A stretch of 64,000 bases of DNA, taken from positions 15,936,001 to 16,000,000 of the forward strand of contig NC_086109.1 of the NCBI RefSeq assembly GCF_963921235.1, given 5' to 3'. Below are positions 46,755 through 59,185 of the stretch, one piece after another. The DNA is from Mobula hypostoma (Eukaryota). The position numbers and the translations under genes are program-made. The stretch's first letter is position 1. Every line of letters starts with the position of its first letter. The notes under the pieces were generated by a model that had not been told where the DNA came from, ran no database searches, and saw only the letters and a program-made list of their open reading frames with translations.

Positions 46755-47645
46755 AGGATTCAAAGCTTCAAGATTCAAACTACATTTATTATCAAAGTAT
46801 GTATACAGAATACAACCCTGAGATTCGTCTTCCCCACAGACAGGCATGAAACAAAGAAAACCATGGACCCCATCCAAAGAAAAACATCAACATCCCCAAT
46901 GCACAAAAGAGAACAAACAATAAAAAACGGAGGGGAAAAAGAACAGAATATAAAACATAAAATCAATAAAGTCCTGGCATATTCAGTTCAGTTCAATCTA
47001 ACACTGTGTTGTTCATTACCTGCAGACCGCCCCAATCAAAATCATGCATAGTAACAACAAAAAAGGGAGCAACCATCATAACATGAACAATAGAGTCAAA
47101 TCCACAAGCCAAGTCGATTAAACCTTGCCCAGGAGCCAGAACTGTAACACAATTCTCTAGGCAGCATGAGTCAAGAGTCGGAGAGAGACCATTCAAATGC
47201 AGGGACCTTCCTCCTGGAGCATGTGGGTGGGAGAAAGAGAGACCGTCACACACAGACACCTTCCTCCGTCAGCAGCGAGCGAGAGGCTGGTAGACAGCAC
47301 TGAGCACTCGCTCGCCTTAATGATTTCTATCTTCCTCGCCGTTTTAATCGACGAGATCAGCAAGAAATGGAGTCGCTCACTCGTGGCCTGACGCCCTGTC
47401 TCCAGGCTTCTTGGCCTTGAGGCTGCGTGCTTCGCTCGAAACCTCACTGAACACCCTCAGAGACAGCAAAGCGCCAGATCACTCAATCGTCCTGAAGACA
47501 CACAACCACACTGCAGACCCCAGCTCCAACAGTAGCAGCACCACATTTGAAAGAAAAAGAAGATGTAAAGAAGGTGCAAGAAGTAGTTTTGTGAACCGTC
47601 TGGAGGATGTCACCCTTGGTCATAATGGTCACTGGCAGCACCTTC
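46755..47645 (-). mobile_element. Non-autonomous SINE-like retroposon with Rex1-type tail
   Basis: The minus-strand end gaatctcagggttgta..tactttgataataaa..(ttgaa)n is shared by many repeats in this window. The body is GC-richer. Confidence 0.5.
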
Positions 47646-48186
47646 TTTCATCAAGAATTATTGCAATTCATCTTTCCTTACTAATTTAGGATTGTTCAAT
47701 TCACATTGAAGCAGATCTCACTGGTCACTAAACAGGGGCCTGGCTACTTTACTCTGCTTTGGTAGAACAGCCAACATAATCAAAGACACCACCCACCCTA
47801 AATATTGTGAAGTGACTGTAAGAAACTGCAGTGCTGGACACTGCTCAGTACATCAGAGAAACCAGCCTGCCTTCCTTACACTGTGCACATCTCACAGCCT
47901 AGGTAAAGCAGGCAGCATAATCAAAGACCCCACCTGCCTCAGCCATTCTCCTTTTTTCCCCTCTCCCATCAAGCAGAAGATGCAAAAGCCTGAAAAAAAT
48001 CTACCACCAGGCACATGGACAGCTTTTATAAGAGTTTTGAAAGGTGACCTGGTAAATTAAGATGGGCTCTTGACCTCCAATTTACATCAATGTAGCCTTA
48101 CAACTTATTGTCTTCCTGCCCATCCCTTTTTAACTGTAACAATTAACTTTGTATACTGTTATTGTTTTCCCTTCTACAACCTCAAT

Positions 48187-48570
48187 CATCATCATCATTG
48201 TAATGCCGTGTCGTATGATGTGGGCAATATTTGTCCTATGACCATGATTGTTCTTGGCAAGGTTTTCTACAGAAGTGGTTTCCCATTGTCTTCTTCTTGG
48301 CAGTGTCTTTACGAGACGAGTGACCCCAGCCATTATCAATACTCCTCGGAGATTGTCAGTGGTCGCATAACCAGGACTTGTGACATGCATCAGCTGCTCA
48401 TCCAATCATCCACCATCTGCTCCCATGGCCTCATGTAACCCTGATCGGGAGTTGGGGGGTGTTGGCTAAGAAAGTGCTACAACTTGCTCAATGGTGACCT
48501 GCAGGCTAACAGAGGGAAAGAGTGCCTTATACCTCCTTTGGTAGAGATATATCTCCATCCCACCACCCAA
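48187..48570 (-). mobile_element. SINE-like retroposon with RTE/BovB-type motif and (ATG)n tail
   Basis: Homologous to 4128-4487. TSD acaacctcaat (48176-48186) / actacctcaat (48571-48581). Confidence 0.65.
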
Positions 48571-48611
48571 ACTACCTCAATACACTGTTTTAATAAAATG
48601 ATCTGTATGGA

Positions 48612-49285
48612 TAGAACCATAGATCACTACAGCACAGAAAACAGGCCATTTGGCCCTTCTAGTCTGTGCTGAAACTTTATTCCAGTAGTCCCATTGACCT
48701 GCATCCAGTCCATAACCCTCCAGACCTCTCCCATCCATGTATCTATCCAATTTATTCTTAAGAGTGAGTACACATTTACCATGTCAGATGGCAGCTCGTT
48801 CCACACTCCCACCACTCTCTGAGTGAAGAAGTTCCCCCTAATGTTCCACCTAAACCTTTCCCCTTTCACCCTAAGGCCATGTCCTCTCGTGTTTATCTCT
48901 CCTAATCTAAGTGGAAAGAGCCTATTCGCATTTACTCTGTCTATACCCCTCATAATTTTCTAGACCTCTATCAAATCTCCCCTCATTCTTCTATGCTCCA
49001 AGGAAGAAAGTCCTAACCTGTTCAATCTTTCCCTGTAAGACCCGGCAACATCCTAGTAAATCTTCTCTGCACTCTTTCAATCTTACTGATATCCTTCCTG
49101 TAGTTAGGTGACCAGAACTGCACACAATACTCCAAATTTGGCCTCACCAATATCTTATACAACCTCACCATGACATCCCAACTCCTATACTCAATACTTT
49201 GATTTATGAATGCCAGGACGCCAAAAGCCTTCTTTACAACCCTGTCTGCCTGTGACACCACTTTCAGGGAATTATGTATCTGAAC
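48612..49285 (-). mobile_element. CR1 3' fragment
   Basis: LVRPNLEYCVQFWSP and TRGHGLRVKG..NFFTQRVV. Confidence 0.9.
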
Positions 49286-49472
49286 TCCCGTGGCAAGCAG
49301 AATAAAGATTTTGTATGTATATGTCATAACAATAAACTAATTTAATAATTTACAAAATAAGGAGGCCGGTAATTTAAAACTGAGGTCCATAGTAATTTCT
49401 TCTCTCAGACAGTAATGAGTCGCTGGAATTTTCTGCTTCTGAGGAATTTTCTGCCCCAGAGGGTGGTGGAAT

Positions 49473-49628
49473 TCAGATCATTTGATTTCTCTGCTCCTGA
49501 GGGGAGTGATCTCAGATCATTTGATTTCTCTGCTCCTGAGGGGGGTGATCTCAGATCATTTGATTTCTCTGCTCCTGGGGGTGGTGAAGGTCAGATCATT
49601 TGACTTCTCTGCTCCTGAGGGTGGTGGA
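49473..49628. repeat. Minisatellite, 4 copies of a 39-40-bp unit
   Basis: Unit tcagatcatttgatttctctgctcctgaggggagtgatc starts at 49473, 49512, 49551 and 49591. Confidence 0.95.
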
Positions 49629-50744
49629 GATGGAAAATGAAGCAACATAAACAATTGAAAGACTGAGATATTAAGGGTTATGGGGAACTGCCACAGAAGG
49701 AGAATTTCCAGTATAGATCAGTTGTGATAATATTGAATGAGGAAGCAGGCCCGAGGGGCCTAATGGATGACTCTTTCCCTGTTTTTCTACATCCTTATGT
49801 TCTTGGTGCACTCTTTTACCCATAAGGCAGGGAGGGAGGTGTTAATCTCTTAATCCAATTTACTCCATTTCTCTGAATTGAACATTAACTGAAATGTGTA
49901 ATTGAGAGCACAGACCTGCTTAATTTGATGTTGATGAAGACTCCAATACAAGGACAACCTTTTGACAAAATAGTTATAAATTCATCAGAAGTGATTGCCG
50001 CTGCTCTGAAAGAACCCTTGGCTTTTGAATGCAACATATTTGCTGTCATTCTTGCTGAGAACGCTACATTATTCTTTTGATGTCTTAGTTAAGATCTGTG
50101 CCAGAAACTAACTGGAATTTTGCCCATTTGAAAGTGGAGTACTAAGCACTAAATGGAAGTTTTGCAGGTTGAATTTTAATTAACTGGAGACATCTGCACG
50201 CCCACCATGAGCTTTATCTATCATCAGATGTTTGATAAAACAAATTGTATCTTTCCTCCTCCTCTGCATTATATACTTTTAATTAAAGGCTGTGCAAAAA
50301 TGTTTAGAGAGCGAGATTAATTATGTAATTTTTTACAAGTCGCTCAAAGATTTGTACCAGTCACAACATTTTGGTAATTAAAGAAATCAGCTAATGTGAT
50401 CTTCCCCTGAATAGAGCTAGTTAGAGAAAATCAGAGCTGGGGGAAGAGCTACAGTGAAGGTTGTAAGATTTATATAGCAAAACAGTTGGTGGTCTTGAGA
50501 AGCTATTGAATTACAAAGCCATGATCCCTTTCTTTCCATCACTGGGACTATTTGGATAAAGTGAAATGAATCTGTATAACGTCAACTGCAGTACCAACGG
50601 TCTCAGGTCAATATTATGGAGTTGGTCTTACTACAGTTGAAATTTGTTACTGCAGCTATATTTTATTAGGAGTGGAGGGACTACTCTATAGGATCGAAGT
50701 AAGCTGCAGAGAAATGTAAAATTGCTCAGTTCCAATGTGGGTCG

Positions 50745-51087
50745 TATGATTAAGGACCCCCACCAACCAGGACATGCCTTCTTCTCATCGTTACCATCGG
50801 GAAGGAGGTACAGAAGCCTGAAGGCACGCACTCAGCAATTCAGGAACAGCTTCTTCCCTTCTGCCATCTGATTTCTAAATGGACATGAACCCATGAACAC
50901 TACTTTTTAATTCAGATTTTGCACTAGGTATTTAAATTTAACCACTTAATTAATATACATATTTATACTTACTGTAATTCTGTTTTTTGTCTATATTTAT
51001 AACGTATTGCGTTGTACTGCTGCCGCAATGTTAACAACTTTCACGGCATACAGTATGCTGGTGATTTAAACCTGATTCTGATTCAGA
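50745..51087 (+). mobile_element. Rex1/Babar 3' fragment
   Basis: IKDPHQPGHAFFSSLPSGRRYRSLKARTQQFRNSFFPSAI, with a (CTGATT)n tail. A similar copy lies at ~30770-31075. Confidence 0.8.
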
Positions 51088-51897
51088 TTTTTATCTTTCT
51101 TTTCCACTGCATTTCAAGGCAGTTATCACAGTTCCAGTGGCTACGTGGCCATACTTTGCTGCATCTACAAGTTTGCAGATGACACCACCACAATGGGCTC
51201 TACCTCAAATAAGAAAGAGCCAGAGTATAGGAAGAAGATCAAGAGCTTAGTGACACGGCAAGAACTTTTCCCTCAATATTAGAAAAGCAAAACAGCAAGG
51301 CAAAGAAGTAATACTTTAAAAAATTCAGGAGGGACTCAACAGCTCAGGCAGCATCTATTGAAATGAATAAACAGTCAATGTTTTGGAGCAAGACCCTCCT
51401 TCAGGACTGGAAAGGAAGGGGGAAGATAATTGGGCCTGGGGGGAAGAGGTTAGCTAGAAGGTGATGGAGGAAGCTGGGTGGGTGGGAAAGATAAAGGGCT
51501 GGAAAAGAAGGAATCTGATAGGAGAGGAGAGTGGACCAGAGGAGAAAGGGAAGAAGGAGAGGACCCAGCGGGAAGTGAGAGGCAGGTGAGAAGTAGGAAA
51601 AGGCTGGAGTGGGGAATAGAGGAAGAGGGGAGGAGGAGAAAGTTTGTTACTGGAAGGAGAAATCAAAGCTGGCCATCGACCTTAGGAAGGAGGCGGTGCA
51701 CTTGCTGCTGTCTATATCACCAGTGTTGAAGTTGAGGGGGTGGGAGCTTAATGTTCCTCAGACTGAACATCAATAGCCTGCCCTGGTCCAACTATGTGGA
51801 GGCCATGGCCAAGAAAACTCACCACTGTTATAAGACTATTGAATGGTTCCCTGGAATGGTAAGATGGACTCATGACCTCATAACCTGTCATGTTATG

Positions 51898-52527
51898 GTC
51901 TGTCCGCCAGAGAAAGCAGAATCTCCCAGTGGCCACACATTTTAATTCCACATCCCATACCCATTCTGATATGTCTATCCACAGCCTCCTCTACTGTAAA
52001 GGTGAAGCCACACTCAGGTTGGAGGAACAACACCTTATATTCCATCTGGGTAGCCTCCAACCTGATGGCATGAACATTGACTTCTCTAACTTCCGCTAAT
52101 GCCCCACCTCCCCCTCGTACCCCATCCGTTATTTATTTATATACACACATTCTTTCTCTCCCTCTCATTTTTCTCCCTCTGTCCCTCTGAATATACCCCT
52201 TGCCCATCCTCTGGGTTCACCCCCCCCTTGTCTTTCTTCCCGGACCTCCTGTCCCATGATCCTCTCATATCCCTTTTGCCAATCACCTGTCCAGCTCTTG
52301 GCTCCATCCCTCCCCCTCCTGTCTTCTCCTATCATTTTGGATCTCCCCCTCCCCCTCCAACTTTCAAATCTCTTACTAACTCTTCCTTCAGTTAGTCCTG
52401 ACGAAGGGTCTCGGCCTGAAACGTCGACTGCACCTCTTCCTAGAGATGCTGCCTGGCCTGCTGCGTTCACCAGCAACTTTGATGTGTGTTGCTTGAATTT
52501 CCAGCATCTGCAGAATTCCTTGTGTTT
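51898..52527 (+). mobile_element. Young 5'-truncated Penelope-like element (GIY-YIG C-terminus and terminal repeat)
   Basis: PVATHFNSTSH..LRLEEQHLIFHLGSLQPDGMNIDFSNFR*, a pyrimidine-rich UTR, the hammerhead and the terminus. TSD-like atgttatg / atgttacg (51890-51897 and 52528-52535). Confidence 0.88.
52394..52429 (+). ncRNA. Minimal type I hammerhead ribozyme
   Basis: agtc-CTGACGA-agg(gtctcgg)cct-GAAA-cGTC^-gact. Stem I is agtc/gact, both core boxes are complete, stem II is present, and stem III is reduced to the palindrome ACGT. Confidence 0.8.
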
Positions 52528-52932
52528 ATGTTACGATCCTGCACCTTACTGCCTACCCACACTGCACTTTGTTTGTAGCTGTTACACTTCATTTTGCCTC
52601 AGTGCATGGTGTAATAAATTGGTCTGTCAGAACAGTATGCAAGCCAAGCTTTTCACTGGACCTCAGCACATGTGACAATAACAATCATTTCCAATTCTGA
52701 TTCCAATATACAACTTCACAGGTGGCACAACCATCGCAAGACAAATCTCAGTCGGTGATAAGTCAGTGTGTCAGAGCAAGATTGAACATGTGGTAGAGAG
52801 ATGCTACAGTTACAACCTCTTGCTCAGCTCAGTAAGACAAAAAAAGAACTGGGAAGGGGAAGAAAGGCGAGCATGGGCTCGACTACTTTAGTGGATTGAA
52901 AGTGAAGGGGGTCAGCAGTATTAAATTTCGGG

Positions 52933-53114
52933 ACACGAGGCAGTCTGCAGATGCTGGAAGTCCAGAGCCACACATCCAACATGCTGGAGGACACCGCAGG
53001 TCAATCAGCATCTATGGAAAAGAGTAAACTGTCAACATAGTCCTGAAGAAGGGTCTCGGCCCAAACCGTCGACTGTTTACTCTTTTTGCATAGATGCTGC
53101 CTGACCTGCTGAGC
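52933..53114. mobile_element. Fold-back Penelope-like terminus inside a Rex1 relic
   Basis: Inverted arms around agtcctgaagaagggtctcggcccaaaccgtcgact. Confidence 0.7.
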
Positions 53115-53536
53115 TGAATTCCTGGGCGTTAACACATCAGATGAACTGTCCTGGGTCCAGCACATGGATCAGATCACAAAGCAGGCGAACCAGCGTCCAA
53201 CCAGCACCATCCCAGTCGCTAGGTCTCGCAACATTCTTACCACTTTGACCACTAGACAGTTTAGTTTTCATTCTAATTGTGGTCTTTCTTGTAAAAAACT
53301 GTGTATGATCTACGTTAATTAATGTTTCTCTCATGAACGTTGTGTATCTGATGCCAAGTCCCTGTGTTGCTGCTGTGAGCAAGTTTTTCAGTGCTCCTGT
53401 ACATATGTGTGCAAGTGCACATGATAATAAACCCGATTTTGACTTCGATTGTTGAAGAGAAGGATTATTAATATTATTGTTTAATAATAGGACCTCAACT
53501 AGAATGACATGTCATACATTATTGGGTTCCTCAGAT

Positions 53537-53823
53537 GTATTTATTTATTTAGTGATACAGTGTGGAAGAGACCTTTCCAGCCCAACGATCTGCACTGCCC
53601 AGTGACCCACCATTTAACCCTAGCCTAATGACAGGACGATTTACAATGACCAATTAACCACAAACCAGTACGTCTTTGGAATGAGGGAGCACCCGGAGGA
53701 AACCCATGCTATCACAGGAAGTACATTCGTACAAACTTCTTGCAGATGGCATTGGAATGGAACTCCAAACTCCAGTGTTCCAAGCTGTAATACAGTCACG
53801 CTAACCACTACTCTATCGTGGCG
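53537..53823 (-). mobile_element. tRNA-derived V-SINE/HE1-like SINE
   Basis: Homologous to 6345-6456 plus 7628-7808, with a (TAAA)n tail. Confidence 0.75.
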
Positions 53824-54155
53824 GGGAAATTGTCCTAAGATTTTTAGGAGTGTAATCTGATGCAGATCCATCTTGAAGGGCGTAATATAGCTTAAAATCT
53901 TGCACTTTAGATTAGGTGACCTAAAACTTTGTTAATATCTCCTCCTGAGGCTTGGTGTCAATTGTTGGTTTGATCATGCTCAGTGTGAGATTTTTTGGAA
54001 TGTTTTCCTCTGTTAATGGGACTATGTACTGTAAATTCAAGCTTTTGTTTCTGGAATAAGACACCTGCCTTGACACAAGGAAATTGGAAAACTGAATACA
54101 TGGGGAGCTCAGCTTCCGACATAGGTATCTGATGTCCTGCCTCATAGGTCTGGAT

Positions 54156-54997
54156 TGTGACGAAAGACCAAGTTATCAGAAGATTGATGCTAATGAGAGA
54201 AATAAGTGAGACAATGGAGCAGCATTCAGAAATGTTAATGAGAGACGAGAGAGATTAACGAAAAGAGACACAATTCCGAGTATTGACAGATCGGTTGACT
54301 TGAACCTGAACTGTTTGAAGTTTGATGGACAGGCGATACCCCAGCAGGGGGATAAAAGGAACAGGTTCGCTAAGGCAAGATAGACACCACGAGATCACGA
54401 GATAACGAAACCCTGGAAGTGCGGTGTGCCCCCACAAGTTGGTGTGAGTTTTGGAGGTCTGGTCACGGGACCGACCTTAGACGCACAAGGTGAAAAGGTA
54501 CGATCGGTGGGAACCTGGTGTGTGTGTCCGCCCTTGCCTTAGTGCCGGGTTCACCGCGGAAGGACGATCATATCCGGAACAGAGGGGTCACAGTCGGTGA
54601 CCTCAGAAGACATTAAAAAAAAGGGCTTGCCCAAAAGCTAACTGCGGAGAACATCAAGGTCTGTCTGAATTCGATTTGCATATCATCCTTCTCTCTCTCT
54701 CTCTCTCCAACGGCACAACAGCGACTGCTGCAAATTGTACTCAGCTGAACTGAACGCTGCGTCACTTGAGACTGATCACTTACCCCTAGACTGCGATAGA
54801 GGTTGATTGATTCCTATTATCCTAGTTCTGTGTACATGTGTGTTTTATCATTGCTAACCTGTTGCATTTATATCCTTATGATTAGAGTACTGTGTTACTT
54901 ATTTCTTTAATAAAACTTTCTTAGTTCCAGTAATCCAGACTCCAACTAAGTGGTCCATTTCTGCTGGTTTGGCAACCCAGTTACGGGATACGTAACA
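54156..54997 (+). mobile_element. Solo LTR (842 bp, probably Gypsy)
   Basis: Termini tgtgacg..cgtaaca. 4-bp TSD ggat (54152-54155 and 54998-55001). TATA-like gataaaagg at ~54351 and AATAAA at 54909-54914. CpGs are retained. Confidence 0.88.
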
Positions 54998-55054
54998 GGA
55001 TGCACATGCTCTTTACCAAAGGATTGCCTATCCCTTTGCACCCACAAATGCTAC

Positions 55055-55470
55055 TAGAACATAGAACAGTACAGGCCCTTCAGCCCACGAAGTTATGCCA
55101 ACCTTTTTACCTACTTCAAGGTCTACCTAATCCTTCCCTACCACATAGCCCCCATTTTTCTTTTTTCCATGTTCCTAAGAGTCTCTATAATGTCCCTAAT
55201 GTATCTGCCTGGCAGCACTTTCCAGACACCCTCTGTATAAATTACCTGCCTCTGACATCTTCCCACTAAATGTTCCTCCAAACACCTAAAGTTTTTGCCC
55301 TCTTGTATTAGCCATTTCCACCCCAGGAAAAGGTCTCTGGCTGAACAGTCGATGTACGCACTCTTATAATCTTGTACACCTGTATCAAGTCACCTCTCAT
55401 CTTGTTTCACTCCAAAGAGAAAGGCCCTAGCCCTCTCGACCTATCCTCATAAAACATGCCTTCTGATCTG
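55055..55470 (-). mobile_element. Decayed CR1 3' fragment
   Basis: tagaacatagaacagtaca tail and a RGDLI.VYKII-like motif. Confidence 0.75.
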
Positions 55471-55704
55471 AGCATCACGCTGTCTTGCTAAGTTCCTCCA
55501 GATCTTTGTTCTTTTTTGTTCCAAGCTCAAGCATCTGCAGTCCCTGGTGTCTCCATTGTACTACTTCAGAGATGTATGGCCTCCTATGAGTGCAGGATAT
55601 ACCATACTGATTATTGGTAGCCATTGCTTATAGAGGAACCAAGCTTTTGTGGAAATACTGAGGGTTGACACATCCACAAAAATGCATTGTTCTCTTTGTA
55701 TTGA

Positions 55705-57338
55705 AATAATAACGGGGGACAAGGAGATGGCAGATGAACTAAATGAGTATTTTGCATCAGTCTTTACTGCGGAAGACACTACCACTGTGCCAGATGCTGA
55801 AGGGTGTTAGGGAAGAGAAGTAAGTATAGTTACTATTACAAGGGAGAAGGTGCTCAAAGAGCTGAAAGACCTAAAGTACACAAGTCACCTGGACCAGATG
55901 AACTGCACCCTAGGGTTCTGAAAGAGGTAGTGGTGGAGATTATGGAGGCATTAGTAAGGATCTTTCAAGAATCATTGGACTCTGGCATGGTTCTGGAGGA
56001 CTGGAAAATTGCAAATGTCACTCCACTCTTTAAGAAAGGTGGGAGGCAGCAGAAAGGAAATTATAGACCAGTTAGCCTCACCTCAGTGTTTGGGAAGATG
56101 TTGGAGTTAATTGTTAAGGGTGAAGTTATGGAATACTAAGTGACACAGGACAAGATAGGATACAGTCAGCATGGTTTCTTTAAGGGAAAATCTTGCCTGA
56201 TGAACCTGCTGGAACTCTTTGAGGAGATTACAAGTAGGATAGATAGAGGGGATGTAGAGGATGTTGTATATTTGGATTTTCAGAAGGCCTTTGACAAGGT
56301 GCCACACATGAGGCTGCTTACCAAGTTAAGAGCCCAAAGTATTACAGGAAAGTTACTAGCATAGTTAGAGCATTGGCTGATTGATAGGAGGCAGTGAGTG
56401 GGAATAAAAGGATCTTTTCTGGTTGGTTATGGAGAAAGTGCTTCCAATAATGCAAGAGTCCAGGACCAGAGGCATTAGGCTCAAAATACAGACTTCCCAT
56501 TTGAACTCTATTTCCTGAGGAGACTGAGGTCCTTTAACATCTGTCGGACGATGCTGAGGATGTTCTACGAGTCTGTGGTGGCCAGTGCTATCATGTTTGC
56601 TGTTGTGTGCTGGGGCAGCAGGCTGAGGGTAGCAGGCATCAACAGAATCAACAAACTCATTCGTAAGGCCAGTGATGTTGTGGGAATGGAACTGGACTCT
56701 CTGACGGTGGTGTCTGAAAAGAGGATGCTGTCCAAGTTGCATGCCATCTTGGTCAATGTCTCCCATCCACTACATAATGTACTGGGTGGGCACAGGAGTA
56801 CATTCAGCCAGAGACTCATTCCACCGAGATGCAACAGAGAACGTCATAGGAAGTCATTCCTGCCTGTGGCCATCAAATTTTACAACTCCTCCCTTGGAGG
56901 GTCAGACACCCTGAGCCAATAGGCTGGTCCTGGACTTATTTCATAATTTACTGCCATAATTTACATATTACTATTTAACTATTTATGGTTCTAGTACTAT
57001 TTATTATTTATGGTGCAACTGTAACTAAAACCATTTTGCCCCGTATTAATAAAGTATGACTATGACTATGAACAGAGATGAGGAAGAATTTCTTTTGCCA
57101 GAGAGTGATGGATGGGTGGAATTCATTGCCACAGATGACTTATGAGGCCAGTTCATTAGGGTGTATTTAAAGTGGAGGATGATAGGTTGTTGATTCATAA
57201 GGGCATCTAAAGTTACAAGGAGAAGGAGGGAGAATGATGTTGAAGGGGGAAATAAATCAGGCATAATCGAACGGCAGAGCGGACTTGATTAGCTGTATAG
57301 CCTAATTCTGCTCCTGTGTTTTATGGTCTTATGGTCTA
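55705..57338 (+). mobile_element. Internally deleted CR1 ORF2 and 3' end, split by a Rex1 copy
   Basis: KSPGPD, NYRPVSLTS and YLDFQKAFDKVPH. Tail ttatggtcttatggtct. Confidence 0.88.
56507..57068 (+). mobile_element. Young Rex1/Babar 3' fragment
   Basis: ORF 56551-56922 nearly identical to 18691-19062. (TATGAC)n tail and flanking tgaac duplication (56502-56506 and 57069-57073). Confidence 0.85.
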
Positions 57339-57761
57339 AACCATAAAATCTTCAAGCTGCAGACGTGTTCAAAACTGAAACTTTCTACTTTCACCTTGGA
57401 GCAATGCAGGGTGACGACAGTTTGTCTGGTCCAAGCCTGGATTCACTTGGAAATCAAAGTCATACGTACGAGCTAATTAAATTGTTATAAGAAAAAAGAT
57501 TAAAGGATTTAGGAGGATGAATAAAGAGGATAAAACAATTTTCCTCAGGATTAGTAGTTCAGAACAAGGGGCTATAACAAGCAAGGCTGTACAACAGTCA
57601 AATCAGGAAGTTCGGCATGTATTGTTAGCATGAATTCCTTAGGACGGAGCCCTTGACTAATTTCTTCTCTCGCTATGATGTCAACAGTGAAGATGATCAT
57701 TGATAATTGCACAATATTCAGTTTCATTCATAACTTGCTGCCAGCATGCAGTCAGATCTGG

Positions 57762-59185
57762 ACAGCCGGAGAATCAATGGATGTTCTGTACTTGGAAGTT
57801 CAGAAGACCTTCAACAAGGCGCTGCACAAGAGGCTGCTGAAAAAGGTAGGAGCCCATGGTATTACAGGAAAGATACCCGCATAGGTAAAGCAGTGGCTGA
57901 CTAGCAAGAGGCAAAGGGTGGGAATAAAGGAGGCCTTTTCTGGTTGACCGTTGGTGACTAGTGGTTTTCCGCACAGGTCGGTGTTGAATCTGCTACTTTT
58001 CCCATTCAATGTCCATGATCTGGATGACAGAGTTGATGGCCTTGTGGACAGGTTTGTAGATAAAACAAGAATAGGTGGACGGGCATGTAGTGTTCAGGAA
58101 GCAAGGAGTCTGCAGAAGGACTTGAAACAGATAAGGGGAATGGGAAGAGGAGTGGCAGATGGAATATAGTGCATGAAGGTGTGTGGTCATTTAGCTTGGT
58201 AGGAGGAATAAAGATTATTTTCTAAATGGGTAGCAAATTTAGAAATAGGAGGTGCAAAAGGAACTTGGGAGCCCTGGTACAGGATACTGTAAAAGTTAAC
58301 TTGCAGGTAGGGCTGATTTTAAGGTATGCAAATTGAATTTTAGCATTCATTTCTTGAGAACTGGAATATAAAAGCTAAAATGTAATACTGAAGATTTATA
58401 AGGCATTAGTCAGATGACATTTGGAATATTGTGAGCAGTTTTGGGCCCCATATCTGTGAAAGGATGTGCAGGTATTGTAGAAGGCCCAGATGAAGCTTGC
58501 AAGAGTGATCCTGAGTATGAAAAGCTTGATGTATGGAGAGTTTAACAATGCAAACAGGAGGAAATCTGCAGATGCTGGAAATTCAAGCAACACACACAAA
58601 AATTGCTGGTGAACGCAGCAGGCCAGGCAGCATCTATAGGAAGAAGTACAGTCGACATTTCGGGCCAAGACGAAGGGTCAGTCCTGACGAAGGGTGCTGC
58701 CTGGCCTGCTGCGTTCACCAGCATTTTCTGTATGTATGGAGGGTGTTTGATAGCTCTGGCCTGTACTCACTGGAGTTCAGAAGAATAAGGGAAATCTCAC
58801 TGGAACCTACCAAATATTGGAAGGATTATATAGAGTGGACATGGAGTAGATGTTTCCAATTGTGGCAAATTCTAGGACCAGAGGGAAAAGCTTTAGAATA
58901 GAAGGCCCTGTTTCTATAAAAATAGAACAGAGATGAGGAGGAATTTTTTAACCAGAGGTTGACAAATCTGTGGAGTTCATTGCCACAGATTGCTGTGGAG
59001 GCCAAGTCATCAGGTGTATTTAAAGTGGAGGTTGATAGGTTCCTAATTAGTAAGGGTGTCAAAAATTACAGGGTGAAGGCATGCAAAATGGGTTTGAGAG
59101 GAAAAATAAATCAGCCATCATTGAATGGTGAAGCAGAGAATGGGCTGAATGGCCTAATTCTGCTTCTGTGTTTTATGGTCTTACT
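57762..59185 (+). mobile_element. Old CR1 RT/3' fragment, inserted in an older LINE relic and containing a Penelope fold-back (~58545-58731)
   Basis: Decayed DVLYL..QK.F.K, VTSG.P and GLYSLEFRR motifs. The flanks (57690-57762 and 59190 onward) read DNCTIFS..MQSDLD / ..ADKHQVIF, like a continuous older RT. Confidence 0.75.

Noticed and set aside
49415..49603. ORF with 13-aa repeats, or a CRISPR-like array
   Set aside because: It is a 39-bp tandem repeat without unique spacers in vertebrate DNA. The frame is kept only because 39 is divisible by 3.
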